62,193 nucleotides of DNA from Rhodospirillaceae bacterium (GCA_018699735.1 JABIRP010000348.1:1-62193), one strand, 5' to 3'. Counted from the first letter of the stretch, positions 29,676-39,811 are shown. Notes: generated from the letters alone by a model not told the origin. A program made the numbers and translations.

Positions 29676-31277
29676 ATGTCCCTCTACCGCGCGATCTTTA
29701 CCGTTGGCGGCTTCACCATGATCAGCCGGGTGACGGGATTTTTGCGTGACATCATGATTGCGGCCCTGCTCGGCGCTGGGCCGATTGCCGATGCGTTCTT
29801 CGTTGCCTTCAAGCTGCCGAACTTCTTTCGCCGGTTGACCGCCGAGGGGTCTTTCACCGTCGCGTTCATCCCGCTGTTCGCGGGACTGTTGGAGGAAGAG
29901 GGCCGGGATGCGGCCTTGCGCTTCGCGGCCGAGGTCGTGGCGGTGCTGACAACGATTGTGCTGGCTCTGACCCTGCTGATCGAAATCACCATGCCTTGGG
30001 TGATGATCGCCATGGCACCGGGCTTTGTTGCGACACCGGACCGGTTTGATTTGGCGGTCGAGTTGACCCGGTTGACGTTTCCCTATCTGCCGTTTATCTC
30101 GCTGGTGGCGCTGCTGGGGGGGATGTTGAACAGCGTTGGGCGGTTTGCTGCTGTTGCCGCCGCACCGATCCTGCTGAATCTGATCCTGATCACCGCTATG
30201 GCCACGGCTGCACATGCTTTGGAAACACCGGGTCATGTTCTGGCCTGGGGTGTGGCAACGGCCGGATTGGCGCAGTTTCTCTGGCTTGTTGCTGCCTGCC
30301 GCCGTGAAGGGTTGTTGCCACGCCTCGCCTGGTCGCGTCTGGTTAGGCCACGCCTGACCCCGGGTGTGCGTAAACTGTTTCGGCTGATGGTGCCGGCCCT
30401 GCTGGGCGCCGGCGTTGTGCAGGTGAACCTGCTGATCGACGTCATCCTGGCTTCGACCCTGCCGACCGGATCGATCTCGTTTTTGTACTATGCCGACCGG
30501 GTCAATCAGCTGCCCTTGGGCGTCATCGGGGTGGCGGTCGGCACAGCCTTGCTACCGATGCTGACCCGTCAATTGCGCGCCGGTGAAGATGGTGAGGCCC
30601 TGACCACGCAGAACCGGGCGTTTGAGTTTGCCATGCTGCTGTGCCTGCCGGCTGCGGCGGGGCTGATGGCTTTGTCCGGGCCGATTGTTGCGGTGCTGTT
30701 TGAGCGCGGTGCCTTCGATGCAACAGCGAGTTCCGCGAGTGCAATGGCGCTTATGGCCTATGCGTTTGGGCTTCCAGCCTTCGTGGCGGTCAAGGTCTTC
30801 CAGCCCGGGTTCTTCGCCCGCGAGGACACACGCACGCCAGTGTTTGTCTCGATTGTCGCCGTGGCAATCAATTTGGTGTTGAATCTGATCTTGATGCAAT
30901 TTTTGGCACATGTCGGGTTGGCTTTAGCGACGGCAATCGCATCTTGGGCCAATGCGGCGATGTTAATTTATTTGTTGCGCAAAAGAAACAACTTTGCCTT
31001 TGAGCGTCGGACCGTCGCACGGTCAGGCTTGGCATTGTTGGCGGCCACTGGCATGGCGGTAGGCTTGGTGGTGGCGGTGGACACTCTCAAATTTGGCGAC
31101 TGGGCGTCTGGGTGGGGTGCTGCTGCAGTTCTCGCGATCCTGATCGCCGGCGGGATGGTGGTCTATTTCAGCTTGGCATTTGTGACAGGTGCCGCCCGCC
31201 CACGCGAGCTGCGAGAAGCCTTTTCTCGACGCGGCTCGGACTCGAAATCAGAGGCGAATTCAGAGGATCAGGCTTGA
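29676..31277 (+). CDS. murJ: Lipid II flippase MurJ (MviN)
   Basis: TMISRVTGFLRDIMIAALLGAGPIADAFFVAFKLPNFFRRLTAEGSF is the canonical MurJ N-terminus; about 14 TM segments. Confidence 0.93.
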   Translation: MSLYRAIFTVGGFTMISRVTGFLRDIMIAALLGAGPIADAFFVAFKLPNFFRRLTAEGSFTVAFIPLFAGLLEEEGRDAALRFAAEVVAVLTTIVLALTLLIEITMPWVMIAMAPGFVATPDRFDLAVELTRLTFPYLPFISLVALLGGMLNSVGRFAAVAAAPILLNLILITAMATAAHALETPGHVLAWGVATAGLAQFLWLVAACRREGLLPRLAWSRLVRPRLTPGVRKLFRLMVPALLGAGVVQVNLLIDVILASTLPTGSISFLYYADRVNQLPLGVIGVAVGTALLPMLTRQLRAGEDGEALTTQNRAFEFAMLLCLPAAAGLMALSGPIVAVLFERGAFDATASSASAMALMAYAFGLPAFVAVKVFQPGFFAREDTRTPVFVSIVAVAINLVLNLILMQFLAHVGLALATAIASWANAAMLIYLLRKRNNFAFERRTVARSGLALLAATGMAVGLVVAVDTLKFGDWASGWGAAAVLAILIAGGMVVYFSLAFVTGAARPRELREAFSRRGSDSKSEANSEDQA

Positions 31278-31355
31278 CCCCTGATGGCGAGGTCGCGATA
31301 AAGCCGGCCGGACCACGTAAATCAGCAACAGCCGCATTCGACGGAAGGCACGACC

Positions 31356-32354
31356 ATGGGCCTCATCTTTTCGGGCGTTCAGCCCACGGGTAACCTGCAT
31401 CTTGGCAACTATCTGGGAGCCATCCGTAATTGGGCGCGGCTGCAGGGAGAGTTCGAATGCATCTACTGCCTGGTTGATCTGCACGCGATTACCGTGCCTC
31501 AGGATCCGGCCGAGCTTACCCGCTCGACCCGAGAGGCGGCGGCCGGGCTGATTGCGTCCGGCATTGACCCTGAGGGATCGGTGGTTTTCAACCAGAGTCA
31601 GGTGCCGCAACACGCCGAGCTGACGTGGATCTTCAACTGCATCGCCCGCCTCGGCTGGCTCAACCGCATGACCCAGTTCAAGGAGAAGGCCGGCAAGCAC
31701 CGGGAGAACGCCACTGTCGGGCTGTACGATTATCCGATCCTGATGGCAGCCGATATTCTGGCTTACAAGGCGACCCATGTTCCGGTCGGCGAGGATCAGA
31801 AGCAGCACCTGGAGCTGTCCCGCGACATCGCCCAGGCGTTTAATTCGATGTTCGAAGTCGATTTCTTTCCCCTGCCGGAGCCGCAAATCTTCGGCGGTGC
31901 CACCCGGGTCATGAGCCTGCGGGATGGGTCCAAGAAGATGAGCAAGTCGGAGCCATCGGATTTCTCGCGCATCAATATGACCGATGAGGCCGACGCCATC
32001 GCTCAGAAGATCCGCAAGGCCAAGACCGACCCACTGCCTTTGCCGGAAACCGTGGCGGAAATGGAAGAGCGGCCGGAGGCGCGCAATTTGATCGGTATCT
32101 ACGCAGCGCTCGCCGATGAAGAGCCCGAGGCGACGTTGACACGCTTTGCCGGAAAGGGCTTTGGTGACTTCAAGAGCGAGCTTGCGGATCTTGCAGTTTC
32201 CACCTTCGGTCCGATCGGCTCGGAGATGAAGCGCCTCATGGATGAGCCGGATGAAATTGATGCGGTGCTTCGTCGTGGCGCCGAGCGGGCCCGGGCGATG
32301 GCCGAACCTGTGGTCCGGGAAGCACAGGATATCGTCGGCTTTTTACGCCCGTGA
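31356..32354 (+). CDS. trpS: Tryptophan--tRNA ligase
   Basis: [16 protein letters not shown] (HIGH-type motif), KMSKS at KKMSKS, 332 aa. Confidence 0.96.
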   Translation: MGLIFSGVQPTGNLHLGNYLGAIRNWARLQGEFECIYCLVDLHAITVPQDPAELTRSTREAAAGLIASGIDPEGSVVFNQSQVPQHAELTWIFNCIARLGWLNRMTQFKEKAGKHRENATVGLYDYPILMAADILAYKATHVPVGEDQKQHLELSRDIAQAFNSMFEVDFFPLPEPQIFGGATRVMSLRDGSKKMSKSEPSDFSRINMTDEADAIAQKIRKAKTDPLPLPETVAEMEERPEARNLIGIYAALADEEPEATLTRFAGKGFGDFKSELADLAVSTFGPIGSEMKRLMDEPDEIDAVLRRGAERARAMAEPVVREAQDIVGFLRP

Positions 32355-33496
32355 TGGGATCCCGGCCAAGATTGGTTTGGCTGGTTTCAGAGGACTGGTA
32401 CTTCCGCCTGCATTTTCTGCATTGGGCCGAAGCGGCGCGTGACGCCGGGTTCGATGTGCATCTCATTGCCCGAACCGGTGAACGCGGGCCAGAAGCGGCT
32501 TCGGAAATTCGCGATGCCGGGTTCGCGGTGCATGAGATCGACTTGCGGCGTTCAGGGCTCAATCCGTTTGACGACCTGAGGGCACGACGTCAAATCCTGC
32601 GGCTCTATCGCGATCTGGCGCCCGATATCGTGCAGCATGTGGCGATCAAGCCGGTGTTGCATGGACAATGGGCGGCCCGCCGGCTCGGTATTCAGGCCAG
32701 GGTCAATCTAATTCCCGGCCTCGGCTATGTGTTTTCATCGCGAACGGCCAAGGCCCGACTGCTGCGCCCGATGGTGACCTCGGCCCTCGGCCGGGCCCTG
32801 TCTCGCGAGGACGGGATCATGGTCCTGAACGAGGATGACAGGACCTTCCTTGCCGTGCTTGCCGGTGTCCCAAACGAGAGCGTGTCGGTGGTTCCGGGCA
32901 TTGGCGTCGACGTTGAGCGGTTTCACTCGACGCCGGAGCCGGACGGTTCGGTCACGATTGCCCTGGTCGCGCGCATGCTCCGAGACAAGGGTGTGATCGA
33001 AACCGTCGAAGCGGTACGCGGTCTGTCGGCAGCGGGCAAGCTGGTCCGGTTGCGGCTGATCGGCGGCCCGGACCCAGGCAATCCAGAATCGATTTCCGAA
33101 GACCGTCTGAAGGCCTGGGGCGATCTCCCATACGTCGACTATGTCGGGCCGGTCGTTGACGTCGCATCGGAGTGGGCGAAGGCACATATCGCGTGCCTGC
33201 CCTCGCAATACCGCGAGGGGTTGCCGACCAGTCTGAGCGAAGCGGCGGCCTGCGGCCGTCCAATCGTGACAACCGATACCCCCGGATGCCGTGATGTAGT
33301 CCGGGATGGCGAGACCGGGTACTTGGTGCCACCATCCGATACCGCCGCCCTTTTGGTCGCTTTGGACCGGTTGGTTTCGGATCCTGAATTGCGCCAACGC
33401 ATGGGGGCTGCCGCCCGTGCTGACGCCGAGGCGCGATTTTCACGCCAAGCAGTTTTGGGTCAAGTGATCGCGCTATATCGCCGTTTGCTCAGGTAA
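32351..33496 (+). CDS. Glycosyltransferase family 4 (GT-B fold)
   Basis: The GTG 32351 start overlaps the trpS stop (GTGA); ATG 32354 is an alternative. C-terminal [29 protein letters not shown] is typical of GT4. Acceptor unknown. Confidence 0.8.
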   Translation: MMGSRPRLVWLVSEDWYFRLHFLHWAEAARDAGFDVHLIARTGERGPEAASEIRDAGFAVHEIDLRRSGLNPFDDLRARRQILRLYRDLAPDIVQHVAIKPVLHGQWAARRLGIQARVNLIPGLGYVFSSRTAKARLLRPMVTSALGRALSREDGIMVLNEDDRTFLAVLAGVPNESVSVVPGIGVDVERFHSTPEPDGSVTIALVARMLRDKGVIETVEAVRGLSAAGKLVRLRLIGGPDPGNPESISEDRLKAWGDLPYVDYVGPVVDVASEWAKAHIACLPSQYREGLPTSLSEAAACGRPIVTTDTPGCRDVVRDGETGYLVPPSDTAALLVALDRLVSDPELRQRMGAAARADAEARFSRQAVLGQVIALYRRLLR

Positions 33497-34747
33497 CCGG
33501 AAAACCTCGATCGGATCGGCGAGACCTCGTACCGGATGCCAGCCAAGCGACTGCAAGGATTGCTCTGTGATCGAAGCGAAATCGCCGGATACCAGCAGCT
33601 GGGTGTCGAGCCGCTTGCAGAGCGTCTGGATCCGGCTGGCAAGATTGACGGCGGGTCCAATAGCCGTAAAGTCGAGCCGTTCGGGCGCTCCGATATTGCC
33701 GTAATGTACATCGCCGACATGCAGGCTGATGCCGTGGCCGACAGTGGGCAGGCCGCTCTTTTTCCGTCGCGCGTTCAAGGCATCGATTAGGATGCAGGCT
33801 TCTTGCGCCGCCTTGAGAGCGGCCGCCGTCATCGCCTGACGCGCATTGTCTGCCAGCGGAAAGATGGCGAGTACGCCGTCGCCCATGAATTTCAGGATTT
33901 GGCCACCGCGCTCCTCGATTGGAATTGTGACGGCTTCGAAATAATCGTTCAGAAGAGTGATCACGCGCTCCGGCGGCTCGCGGTCCGATAACGTCGTGAA
34001 ACCGCGCAAATCAGAATACCAGACGATGGCTTCTATGGTTTCGCCGTGGCCGCGCTCGATTGCTCCCTCGAGAACCCGGCGTCCTGGATCTTCGCCGAGA
34101 TAGATGCGCATCAGTTCCCGCGTCACTCGCTTGCGGGCAAGAACCTCCAGCCGCAAAGAAAGCGCGGCCATCAGGCGATCGAGCAGCGACAATTGCTCGA
34201 CTGAGAACCCATTCGGTCCGTCGGCGACCCAGGTGACGAAATTAATTTCGCCGTCGCTGAAGGTAAGCGGCATGGCGACATAGTCGGTCGCACCTTCGGC
34301 CTTTAGGTCGGCGAGGATGGGGAAGTCCATCGGGCACCGGTCGTCAAATAGCGGCCGGCGGATGGCGGCCGCCCCCTCGAAGATGGCCGGCAGGGGGCTA
34401 TCGCGGAATGCCTGGGTGTCCTCGATCCCCCGCAGGACGCGAATTTCGTCCGGGTCGGGCTTGTCGCGTCGCCAGATCACGCTGTTGCCGCTGGTCATGG
34501 GATGCAGCGTGCGCACGAAACAGGTCACACGCATCAGCGGCAGGCCGTGATGCAGGAGAACCGTGCAAAGCGATTGCAGAAGATGGCGGGTCAGGCTGCA
34601 GTCCTGTCCGCGCGTGAGGAGCCAATCCTCAGGCGTCAGCGCCAGATCTTCGGGCGCCATGGAACACGTTCCGTCCGATCCGATGCCGCCTTGATGGGTA
34701 ACCTCTAAGAGCAACGATCGGTCCAATTCGCCTTGTTCATCCGTCAT
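33473..34747 (-). CDS. Class III adenylate/guanylate cyclase with an uncharacterised N-terminal sensor region
   Basis: C-terminal IVWYSDLRGFTTLSD...KFMGDGVLAIFP...HVGDVHYGNIGAPERLDFTAIGPAVNLASRIQ is a canonical cyclase homology domain. The roughly 230 N-terminal residues are unassigned. Confidence 0.85.
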   Translation of the reverse strand: MTDEQGELDRSLLLEVTHQGGIGSDGTCSMAPEDLALTPEDWLLTRGQDCSLTRHLLQSLCTVLLHHGLPLMRVTCFVRTLHPMTSGNSVIWRRDKPDPDEIRVLRGIEDTQAFRDSPLPAIFEGAAAIRRPLFDDRCPMDFPILADLKAEGATDYVAMPLTFSDGEINFVTWVADGPNGFSVEQLSLLDRLMAALSLRLEVLARKRVTRELMRIYLGEDPGRRVLEGAIERGHGETIEAIVWYSDLRGFTTLSDREPPERVITLLNDYFEAVTIPIEERGGQILKFMGDGVLAIFPLADNARQAMTAAALKAAQEACILIDALNARRKKSGLPTVGHGISLHVGDVHYGNIGAPERLDFTAIGPAVNLASRIQTLCKRLDTQLLVSGDFASITEQSLQSLGWHPVRGLADPIEVFRLPEQTAI

Positions 34748-34874
34748 TCACTTGACCTCCAGCCCTAATTTGCCCACATATCCCTTGTACGTGAAAATTG
34801 ACATGAATTAGTCCGTCCCCAATAGGCGGCCTGAATTTTGTAGTGACGCCGCTGAGCGGCCGGAGGCAGTTTCG

Positions 34875-35429
34875 ATGTTCATTCAGACCGAGGAAACCCC
34901 GAACCCGACGACCTTGAAGTTTATTCCCGGTCGAGAAGTGATGGGGACCGGCACGGCCGAATTCAAGAGTGCCGAGGAGAGCGGACGCTCGCCGCTGGCT
35001 CAGCGCCTGTTCGAGGTTGATGGTGTTGACGGCGTGTTTCTTGGCGGCGACTTCATCGCTGTCAGCAAGTCGGAGATGAAAGACTGGCAGGTGATGAAGC
35101 CGGCAGTATTGGGTGCAATCATGGAGCACTTCACCGCAGCCCGGCCAGTGATGCTGGAAGATGCGGTGGACGATAACAGCGCGCGTGAGGAAGACAGCGA
35201 GGTCGTCAAACAAATCCGCGAGCTGCTCGACACGCGCGTGCGTCCGGCCGTGGCTCAGGATGGCGGCGATATCGTGTACGAGGGCTTTGAGGATGGCGTG
35301 GTGATGCTGTCAATGCGCGGCGCTTGCGCTGGATGCCCGAGTGCGACGGCAACCCTCAAAATGGGCGTCGAGAACATGCTGCGCCATTACATCCCGGAAG
35401 TGCGCGAGGTGCGCGCCGCTGGCATGTGA
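34875..35429 (+). CDS. NifU/Nfu-family Fe-S cluster scaffold/carrier protein
   Basis: MFIQTEETPNPTTLKFIPG (Nfu_N) plus C-terminal GACAGCPSA (CxxC). Confidence 0.88.
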   Translation: MFIQTEETPNPTTLKFIPGREVMGTGTAEFKSAEESGRSPLAQRLFEVDGVDGVFLGGDFIAVSKSEMKDWQVMKPAVLGAIMEHFTAARPVMLEDAVDDNSAREEDSEVVKQIRELLDTRVRPAVAQDGGDIVYEGFEDGVVMLSMRGACAGCPSATATLKMGVENMLRHYIPEVREVRAAGM

Positions 35430-36502
35430 CCGGTGAGGCGCAGTCGCCTCCAGGGATCGTGGATTTAAAACGCTTTTTCTCAGAAATCGACCGCTTTGGG
35501 CGGAACGCGCTGGCTTGCCTTGGCTCCATGGTCTTGATGATGCAGCTGGTCGGCCTTTTTGTGCCGCCGAGCAGCGTCCGGATGATGGCGTTGAAGCCGG
35601 CACCAGTGATGTCGGTGCCACGGGCAACCCTGCCGCCGGGTGGTTTCGAAGATCTCTACAGGCAGATCGCCCCGGGCGGCCTGGTGCGGGAATTCGAGCT
35701 TGTGTCGGTTCCGTCGTCAGACCGCCTGCTGACGGGTTTCAACCAATTGGGATTTACGCTTGAGACGACAGGTCTGGCCTCAAAGCCGGTGCCACGACTG
35801 TTCATCGCCAAGGTTCCGTCGGATCTCGGTGCCTTGCGATCCGTTGGTGCAAGAAAATCGATTTTCATCCGAGTGGTTTTGCCGCTGATACTGCGGCAGA
35901 ACGCGCGTATTCTCCAGGACCGTGCTCGCCTTATCCCTATGACGGAAACTGGCACTCTAACTGGAGATGAGAAGGTGTGGCTTCGGGAGCTTGGCCACCG
36001 GTTTGCGATGCCGGAGGAAGGCGCGCTGCGTCCCGATTGGCTAGCTGAGCTTGTGCTGCGTGTCGATTCGGTTCCGGTTGCGCTCGCGGTTGCCCAAGCG
36101 GCGGCTGAAAGCGGTTGGGGTACGTCGCGGTTCGCCCGCCGCGGCAATGCGTTGTTCGGAGAGCGAACCTGGATGCCCAGCGCCGGATTGCGCCCGGACG
36201 GGATTGCCGAAGATGAGAAATTTTCGGTCCGCCGATATGGCACACTGGCGCACTCGATTCGGTCCTATGTGATGAATTTGAACACCAGCCCGCATTACCG
36301 TGAATTCCGGGTGTCGCGGGCAGGGTACCGTCGCCGGGATGAGCCCTTGTCGGGGACAGGCCTGGCCGCATATCTCACGGCCTATTCCGAACGTGGTGAA
36401 GCCTATGTTGACGATCTGCGCCAGATCATCCGGGTCAACCGCCTGGAAGCGCTGGAGGGGGCTCGGCTGGGGCCGATCAGGATGGAGCCGAAGGTCGGTT
36501 AA
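35426..36502 (+). CDS. Glucosaminidase-domain protein (Bax-like)
   Basis: AQAAAESGWGTSRFARRGNALFG is the mannosyl-glycoprotein endo-beta-N-acetylglucosaminidase-type motif. GTG 35426 overlaps the nfu stop (GTGA). Start uncertain; ATG 35528 is also possible. Confidence 0.7.
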   Translation: MTGEAQSPPGIVDLKRFFSEIDRFGRNALACLGSMVLMMQLVGLFVPPSSVRMMALKPAPVMSVPRATLPPGGFEDLYRQIAPGGLVREFELVSVPSSDRLLTGFNQLGFTLETTGLASKPVPRLFIAKVPSDLGALRSVGARKSIFIRVVLPLILRQNARILQDRARLIPMTETGTLTGDEKVWLRELGHRFAMPEEGALRPDWLAELVLRVDSVPVALAVAQAAAESGWGTSRFARRGNALFGERTWMPSAGLRPDGIAEDEKFSVRRYGTLAHSIRSYVMNLNTSPHYREFRVSRAGYRRRDEPLSGTGLAAYLTAYSERGEAYVDDLRQIIRVNRLEALEGARLGPIRMEPKVG

Positions 36503-36536
36503 ACCGTGATCGGTCGCTGTCGTATTCACGACCGCT

Positions 36537-37589
36537 CTATTCTCGAATGACGAACTGAACTCCGAACCAGCGCCAGCGGCCGTTCGGGCCCGGCATGGTG
36601 CAGTTGATGCGAGCGCGGCCCGGTGGGAAAGTTTCCCGCAGTCGAACCTCGACCCGGCGCTCCAGACGCTCGATCCGAACACGGCCTTGGCCGGACGCGA
36701 AACACGCCAACTGCTCAATCCCTTTCAACTCCCTGGCCACGGTAAACCCGAATGCCGGCGGGTTGTCCTTGATCAGCGGGTCCTTCGGCAAAATATCGCT
36801 CGCAAGCATCGGCAGGGCGTTGGCCGCCAGCCGGAAGCGGTCAATGCCACCATAAGTCTCGTTCAAAGCGAACCGCGGGAGGCCCTGGGGGTCGAGCCCG
36901 GGATAGACCACGCCGGAGTTTTGTCCGAATGCGGCAACGAAGCCACGTTGAGCGACAATGTCCCGCACCGCACGGGAATATTCGCCGTAGGGGTATGCGA
37001 ATAATGTTGGGGTCTCGCCCAACTCGGATTTGATGCGGGCGTTGGCCTGATCCAACTCCGCCTTGACCATCTCCAGCGAGATTTCGGTCATATGCGGGTG
37101 GCTCTTGGTCTGACTGCCGATCGTCACGCCAGCCTTTTGCAGCTCCCGGATCTGGTCCCAGTTCATATATTTTTTGCCACCCAGATCCACGGTGTCTGTG
37201 GCAACGAACAGGGTGATCGGTATTCCCGCTTCCTTGAATAGCGGCCAAGCCTTGGTGTAGAGCGAGCGATAGGCGTCATCGACGGTAATTGCGACCGTAC
37301 GGTCCGGCAGATCCTCGCCCTTCCGCATCGCCTCGACAACCTTGCCCAGAGGCAGAACTTTATAGCCGCCGGACTTGAGCTCCTTCAGATGTTCCTTGAG
37401 TTGGCTAATCTGAATATTAGTCGAGGGCATGTCGGATTCGCCGAAGCGGTGGTACATGAACACCACGGCGGAGTTGGATGCAGATGCCTGAAGAGAACAC
37501 AGACCCAGCATCAGAACGGCTAGCACCGATAACAGTCCGGCCCGCGCCCGTGTCGATGCAAAAAACGAAAGCAATTCCATGGGGATCAT
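36537..37589 (-). CDS. Polysaccharide deacetylase family protein (NodB homology domain)
   Basis: Signal-like MIPMELLSFFASTRARAGLLSVLAVLMLGLCSLQASA, then VVFMYHRFG...TVAITVDDAY...PITLFVATD. Start uncertain among ATGs at 37649, 37610, 37589 and 37580. Confidence 0.78.
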   Translation of the reverse strand: MIPMELLSFFASTRARAGLLSVLAVLMLGLCSLQASASNSAVVFMYHRFGESDMPSTNIQISQLKEHLKELKSGGYKVLPLGKVVEAMRKGEDLPDRTVAITVDDAYRSLYTKAWPLFKEAGIPITLFVATDTVDLGGKKYMNWDQIRELQKAGVTIGSQTKSHPHMTEISLEMVKAELDQANARIKSELGETPTLFAYPYGEYSRAVRDIVAQRGFVAAFGQNSGVVYPGLDPQGLPRFALNETYGGIDRFRLAANALPMLASDILPKDPLIKDNPPAFGFTVARELKGIEQLACFASGQGRVRIERLERRVEVRLRETFPPGRARINCTMPGPNGRWRWFGVQFVIRE

Positions 37590-37676
37590 GATACTCGCAC
37601 GCTCGAACATTGAAAGATTGAAACGGCATCGGCGAGTATCAGCGTACAATGGCGCAATTTCTTGCGGGCTGAAGAT

Positions 37677-38393
37677 ATGAAAATTCTCGCCTTCGATACA
37701 TCGGCCAGCGCGTGCTCGGTAGCGGTTCGGGACTGCGGAGTGCTGCGTGTTTCGCTAGGTCGTGATCTCGCGCGCGGTCATGCGCAGGTACTGGCGCCGA
37801 TGATCGAGGCGGCGTTGGGCGAAGCAGGGTTTGGTGCGGCTGATCTCGATTTGATTGCCGTCACGGTAGGCCCTGGCTCGTTCACGGGCCTGCGAATCGG
37901 ATTGGCGACCGCGCGCGGTCTGGCGCTTGCGTGCGGCGCCCCGATATTCGGCGCCTCGACGCTTGCGGTTATTGCTCGCCAGGCAGTTATTGCTCGCCAG
38001 GCTTTGGCTCACTCAGTTGGTGAGGGTTGTGAAATTCTTTGTGTGATCGACAGCAAACGCGCGGACGTCTACGTGCAGCGTTTTGATGCCGATGCTAACC
38101 CGCTGGATGACGCGCAAGCCGTCACCCCGAGCAAGCTTGCCGCATCGCTCGTATCGTCGTCTGGTGCCGCTGGGAAATATCTGCTGGTCGGTGATGCCGT
38201 GAACCAGGTTGCCGAGGCGCTTACCGCTGTGGGGCTGGAATGCATGCTAGTTCCGGCTGGTAATGTGGCTGAGGCGGGCACTTTGGCAGCATTGGCGGAA
38301 ACTGGGTTTTCGGCTGGCGTGGCCGGCTTGCCGGCTGAGCCGCTTTATCTGCGGGCGCCAGACGTGACTCTACCCGCCGGTATGAGCCCATGA
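37677..38393 (+). CDS. tsaB: tRNA t6A37 biosynthesis protein TsaB (YeaZ)
   Basis: ATG 37677 gives MKILAFDTSASACSVAV. GPGSFTGLRIGLATARGLAL is the TsaB signature. Confidence 0.88.
   Translation: MKILAFDTSASACSVAVRDCGVLRVSLGRDLARGHAQVLAPMIEAALGEAGFGAADLDLIAVTVGPGSFTGLRIGLATARGLALACGAPIFGASTLAVIARQAVIARQALAHSVGEGCEILCVIDSKRADVYVQRFDADANPLDDAQAVTPSKLAASLVSSSGAAGKYLLVGDAVNQVAEALTAVGLECMLVPAGNVAEAGTLAALAETGFSAGVAGLPAEPLYLRAPDVTLPAGMSP
37968..38003. repeat. 18-bp in-frame tandem duplication inside tsaB (VIARQA x2)
   Basis: gttattgctcgccaggca (37968-37985) followed by gttattgctcgccaggct (37986-38003); the only difference is a synonymous third-position base. Confidence 0.95.
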
Positions 38394-38977
38394 CCCAGCC
38401 GAAAGAAAGACGGACAACACCGGCGGTCTCAGTCCGGACCATTGGTGCCGAAAGGTCCGGTGTTGATGTCTCCGGTGTCGATGTCTCTGGTGTTGATGTC
38501 TCTGGTGTTGATGTCTCTGGTGATGCGGTGCGGGTTGTCGCGTTGCAGAACGCTGCTTTTTCGCAATCGTGGAACCTTGCCGACATGCGCCGGATCCTAG
38601 CGATCCCCGGTGCCATTGGCCTGATCGCCGAAGCGGATTCGGGCGATGGGGGCGGACCGGCGGTTGGTTTTGTAGTCGTTCAACGGCTCGCAGACCAGGC
38701 CGAGATTATCTCCATTGCTGTAGCGGAGTCTTGGCGGGGTCATGGTGTCGGCGAGCGTCTGATGCGGGCGGCGATGGCTTCCGCCATTGTGGTTGGGGCC
38801 TGCGAAATGTTTCTTGAGGTTGCCGAGGACAACATGGCCGCGCTCGCGCTTTATTCTGGGCTTGGCTTCGAGGTCGTCGGCCGGCGTTCCAAATATTACA
38901 GTCGTTCCGATGGCACCAGAGCAGACGCGTTGAGTATGTGCCGGGTGCTGGTCATTGAAGAGGGCGAAGAGGTGTGA
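38390..38977 (+). CDS. rimI: Ribosomal-protein-alanine N-acetyltransferase RimI with a repeat-containing N-terminal extension
   Basis: ATG 38390 overlaps the tsaB stop (ATGA). GNAT core IAVAESWRGHGVGERLMRAAM...LEVAEDNMAALALYSGLGFEVVGRRSKYY. Confidence 0.85.
   Translation: MTQPKERRTTPAVSVRTIGAERSGVDVSGVDVSGVDVSGVDVSGDAVRVVALQNAAFSQSWNLADMRRILAIPGAIGLIAEADSGDGGGPAVGFVVVQRLADQAEIISIAVAESWRGHGVGERLMRAAMASAIVVGACEMFLEVAEDNMAALALYSGLGFEVVGRRSKYYSRSDGTRADALSMCRVLVIEEGEEV
38456..38525. repeat. 15-bp tandem repeat, about 4.7 copies, coding (SGVDV)4 in rimI
   Basis: tccggtgttgatgtc / tccggtgtcgatgtc / tctggtgttgatgtc / tctggtgttgatgtc / tctggtgatg, at 38456, 38471, 38486, 38501 and 38516. All differences between the full copies are synonymous. 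Confidence 0.95.
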
Positions 38978-39801
38978 GCGAGGCGGCTTGGCAATCGGTT
39001 CCGGACTTGGTTCAAGACGACACCTCCTACCTTGAGGTCAGGTTGGCCGAGGACGAATCCGAAGTTCGTGCGGCGCAGGAACTTCGTTATCGAGTTTTCT
39101 ATCGCGAAATGGCGGCTCACCCGAGCCTGGCGATGGCGGCCGCCGAGCGGGATTTTGACGATTACGACGGATTGGCCGACCACCTCATGGTGATTGATCA
39201 CCGACCTCGCAAGCAAGGCGGCGGCGTTGTTGGAACCTATCGCTTGCTTCGGCGGTCGGTCTTGGCCGGGCGGATGCCGTTCTATTCCGCCGCCGAATTT
39301 GACCTGACCTGCTTGAATGAATTTGACGGTGAGGTCTTGGAGTTGGGGCGGTCTTGTGTTGACCGTCCCTATCGTACCCGCCCGACGATGCAGTTGCTTT
39401 GGCGCGGCCTTGCGGCGTACGTGTTCGCCCATGATGTTTCCTTGATGTTTGGTTGCGCCAGCCTGCCGGGCAATGATGTTAAGGCACTAGACTTGCCGCT
39501 TTCCTACCTGCATCACCGGCACCTGGCGCCGGAATTCTTGCGACCGCACGCCATCGCTGCGCGGCATGTGGCGATGGACCGGGTGTCGACCGACGGTATC
39601 GATGATCGCCAGATCCTTGCGGCCTTACCGCCGCTACTAAAAGGCTATCTCAGAGCGGGTGGGTCGGTTGGCGATGGCGCCGTGATCGACCATCAGTTCA
39701 ACACTGTCGATGTTTGCATGGTGGTCGAGACCGAGCGGGTCAGCCCGCGCTATTACCGGCATTACAGCCGAGAGGTTGGCGCCGGCGGGGCGCCGGAGTG
39801 A
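38974..39801 (+). CDS. olsB: OlsB-like GNAT N-acyltransferase (ornithine lipid biosynthesis, step 1)
   Basis: GTG 38974 overlaps the rimI stop (GTGA). LEVRLAEDESEVRAAQELRYRVFYREMAA...VVGTYRLL...FYSAAEFDL...LELGRSCV matches the OlsB/hemolysin-like acyltransferase family as I remember it, and an acyltransferase gene follows. Confidence 0.68.
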   Translation: MSEAAWQSVPDLVQDDTSYLEVRLAEDESEVRAAQELRYRVFYREMAAHPSLAMAAAERDFDDYDGLADHLMVIDHRPRKQGGGVVGTYRLLRRSVLAGRMPFYSAAEFDLTCLNEFDGEVLELGRSCVDRPYRTRPTMQLLWRGLAAYVFAHDVSLMFGCASLPGNDVKALDLPLSYLHHRHLAPEFLRPHAIAARHVAMDRVSTDGIDDRQILAALPPLLKGYLRAGGSVGDGAVIDHQFNTVDVCMVVETERVSPRYYRHYSREVGAGGAPE

Positions 39802-39811
39802 AAAATTGCCA

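Noticed and set aside
35324-35425. The track start at 35324 for the glucosaminidase-domain ORF
   Set aside because: It would overlap the nfu-type gene by about 100 nt in another frame. GTG 35426 (GTGA overlap) or ATG 35528 are more plausible starts.
38456-38525. Possible CRISPR-like array
   Set aside because: The units are contiguous 15-mers with no spacers and lie in frame inside rimI. This is a coding minisatellite, not a CRISPR array.
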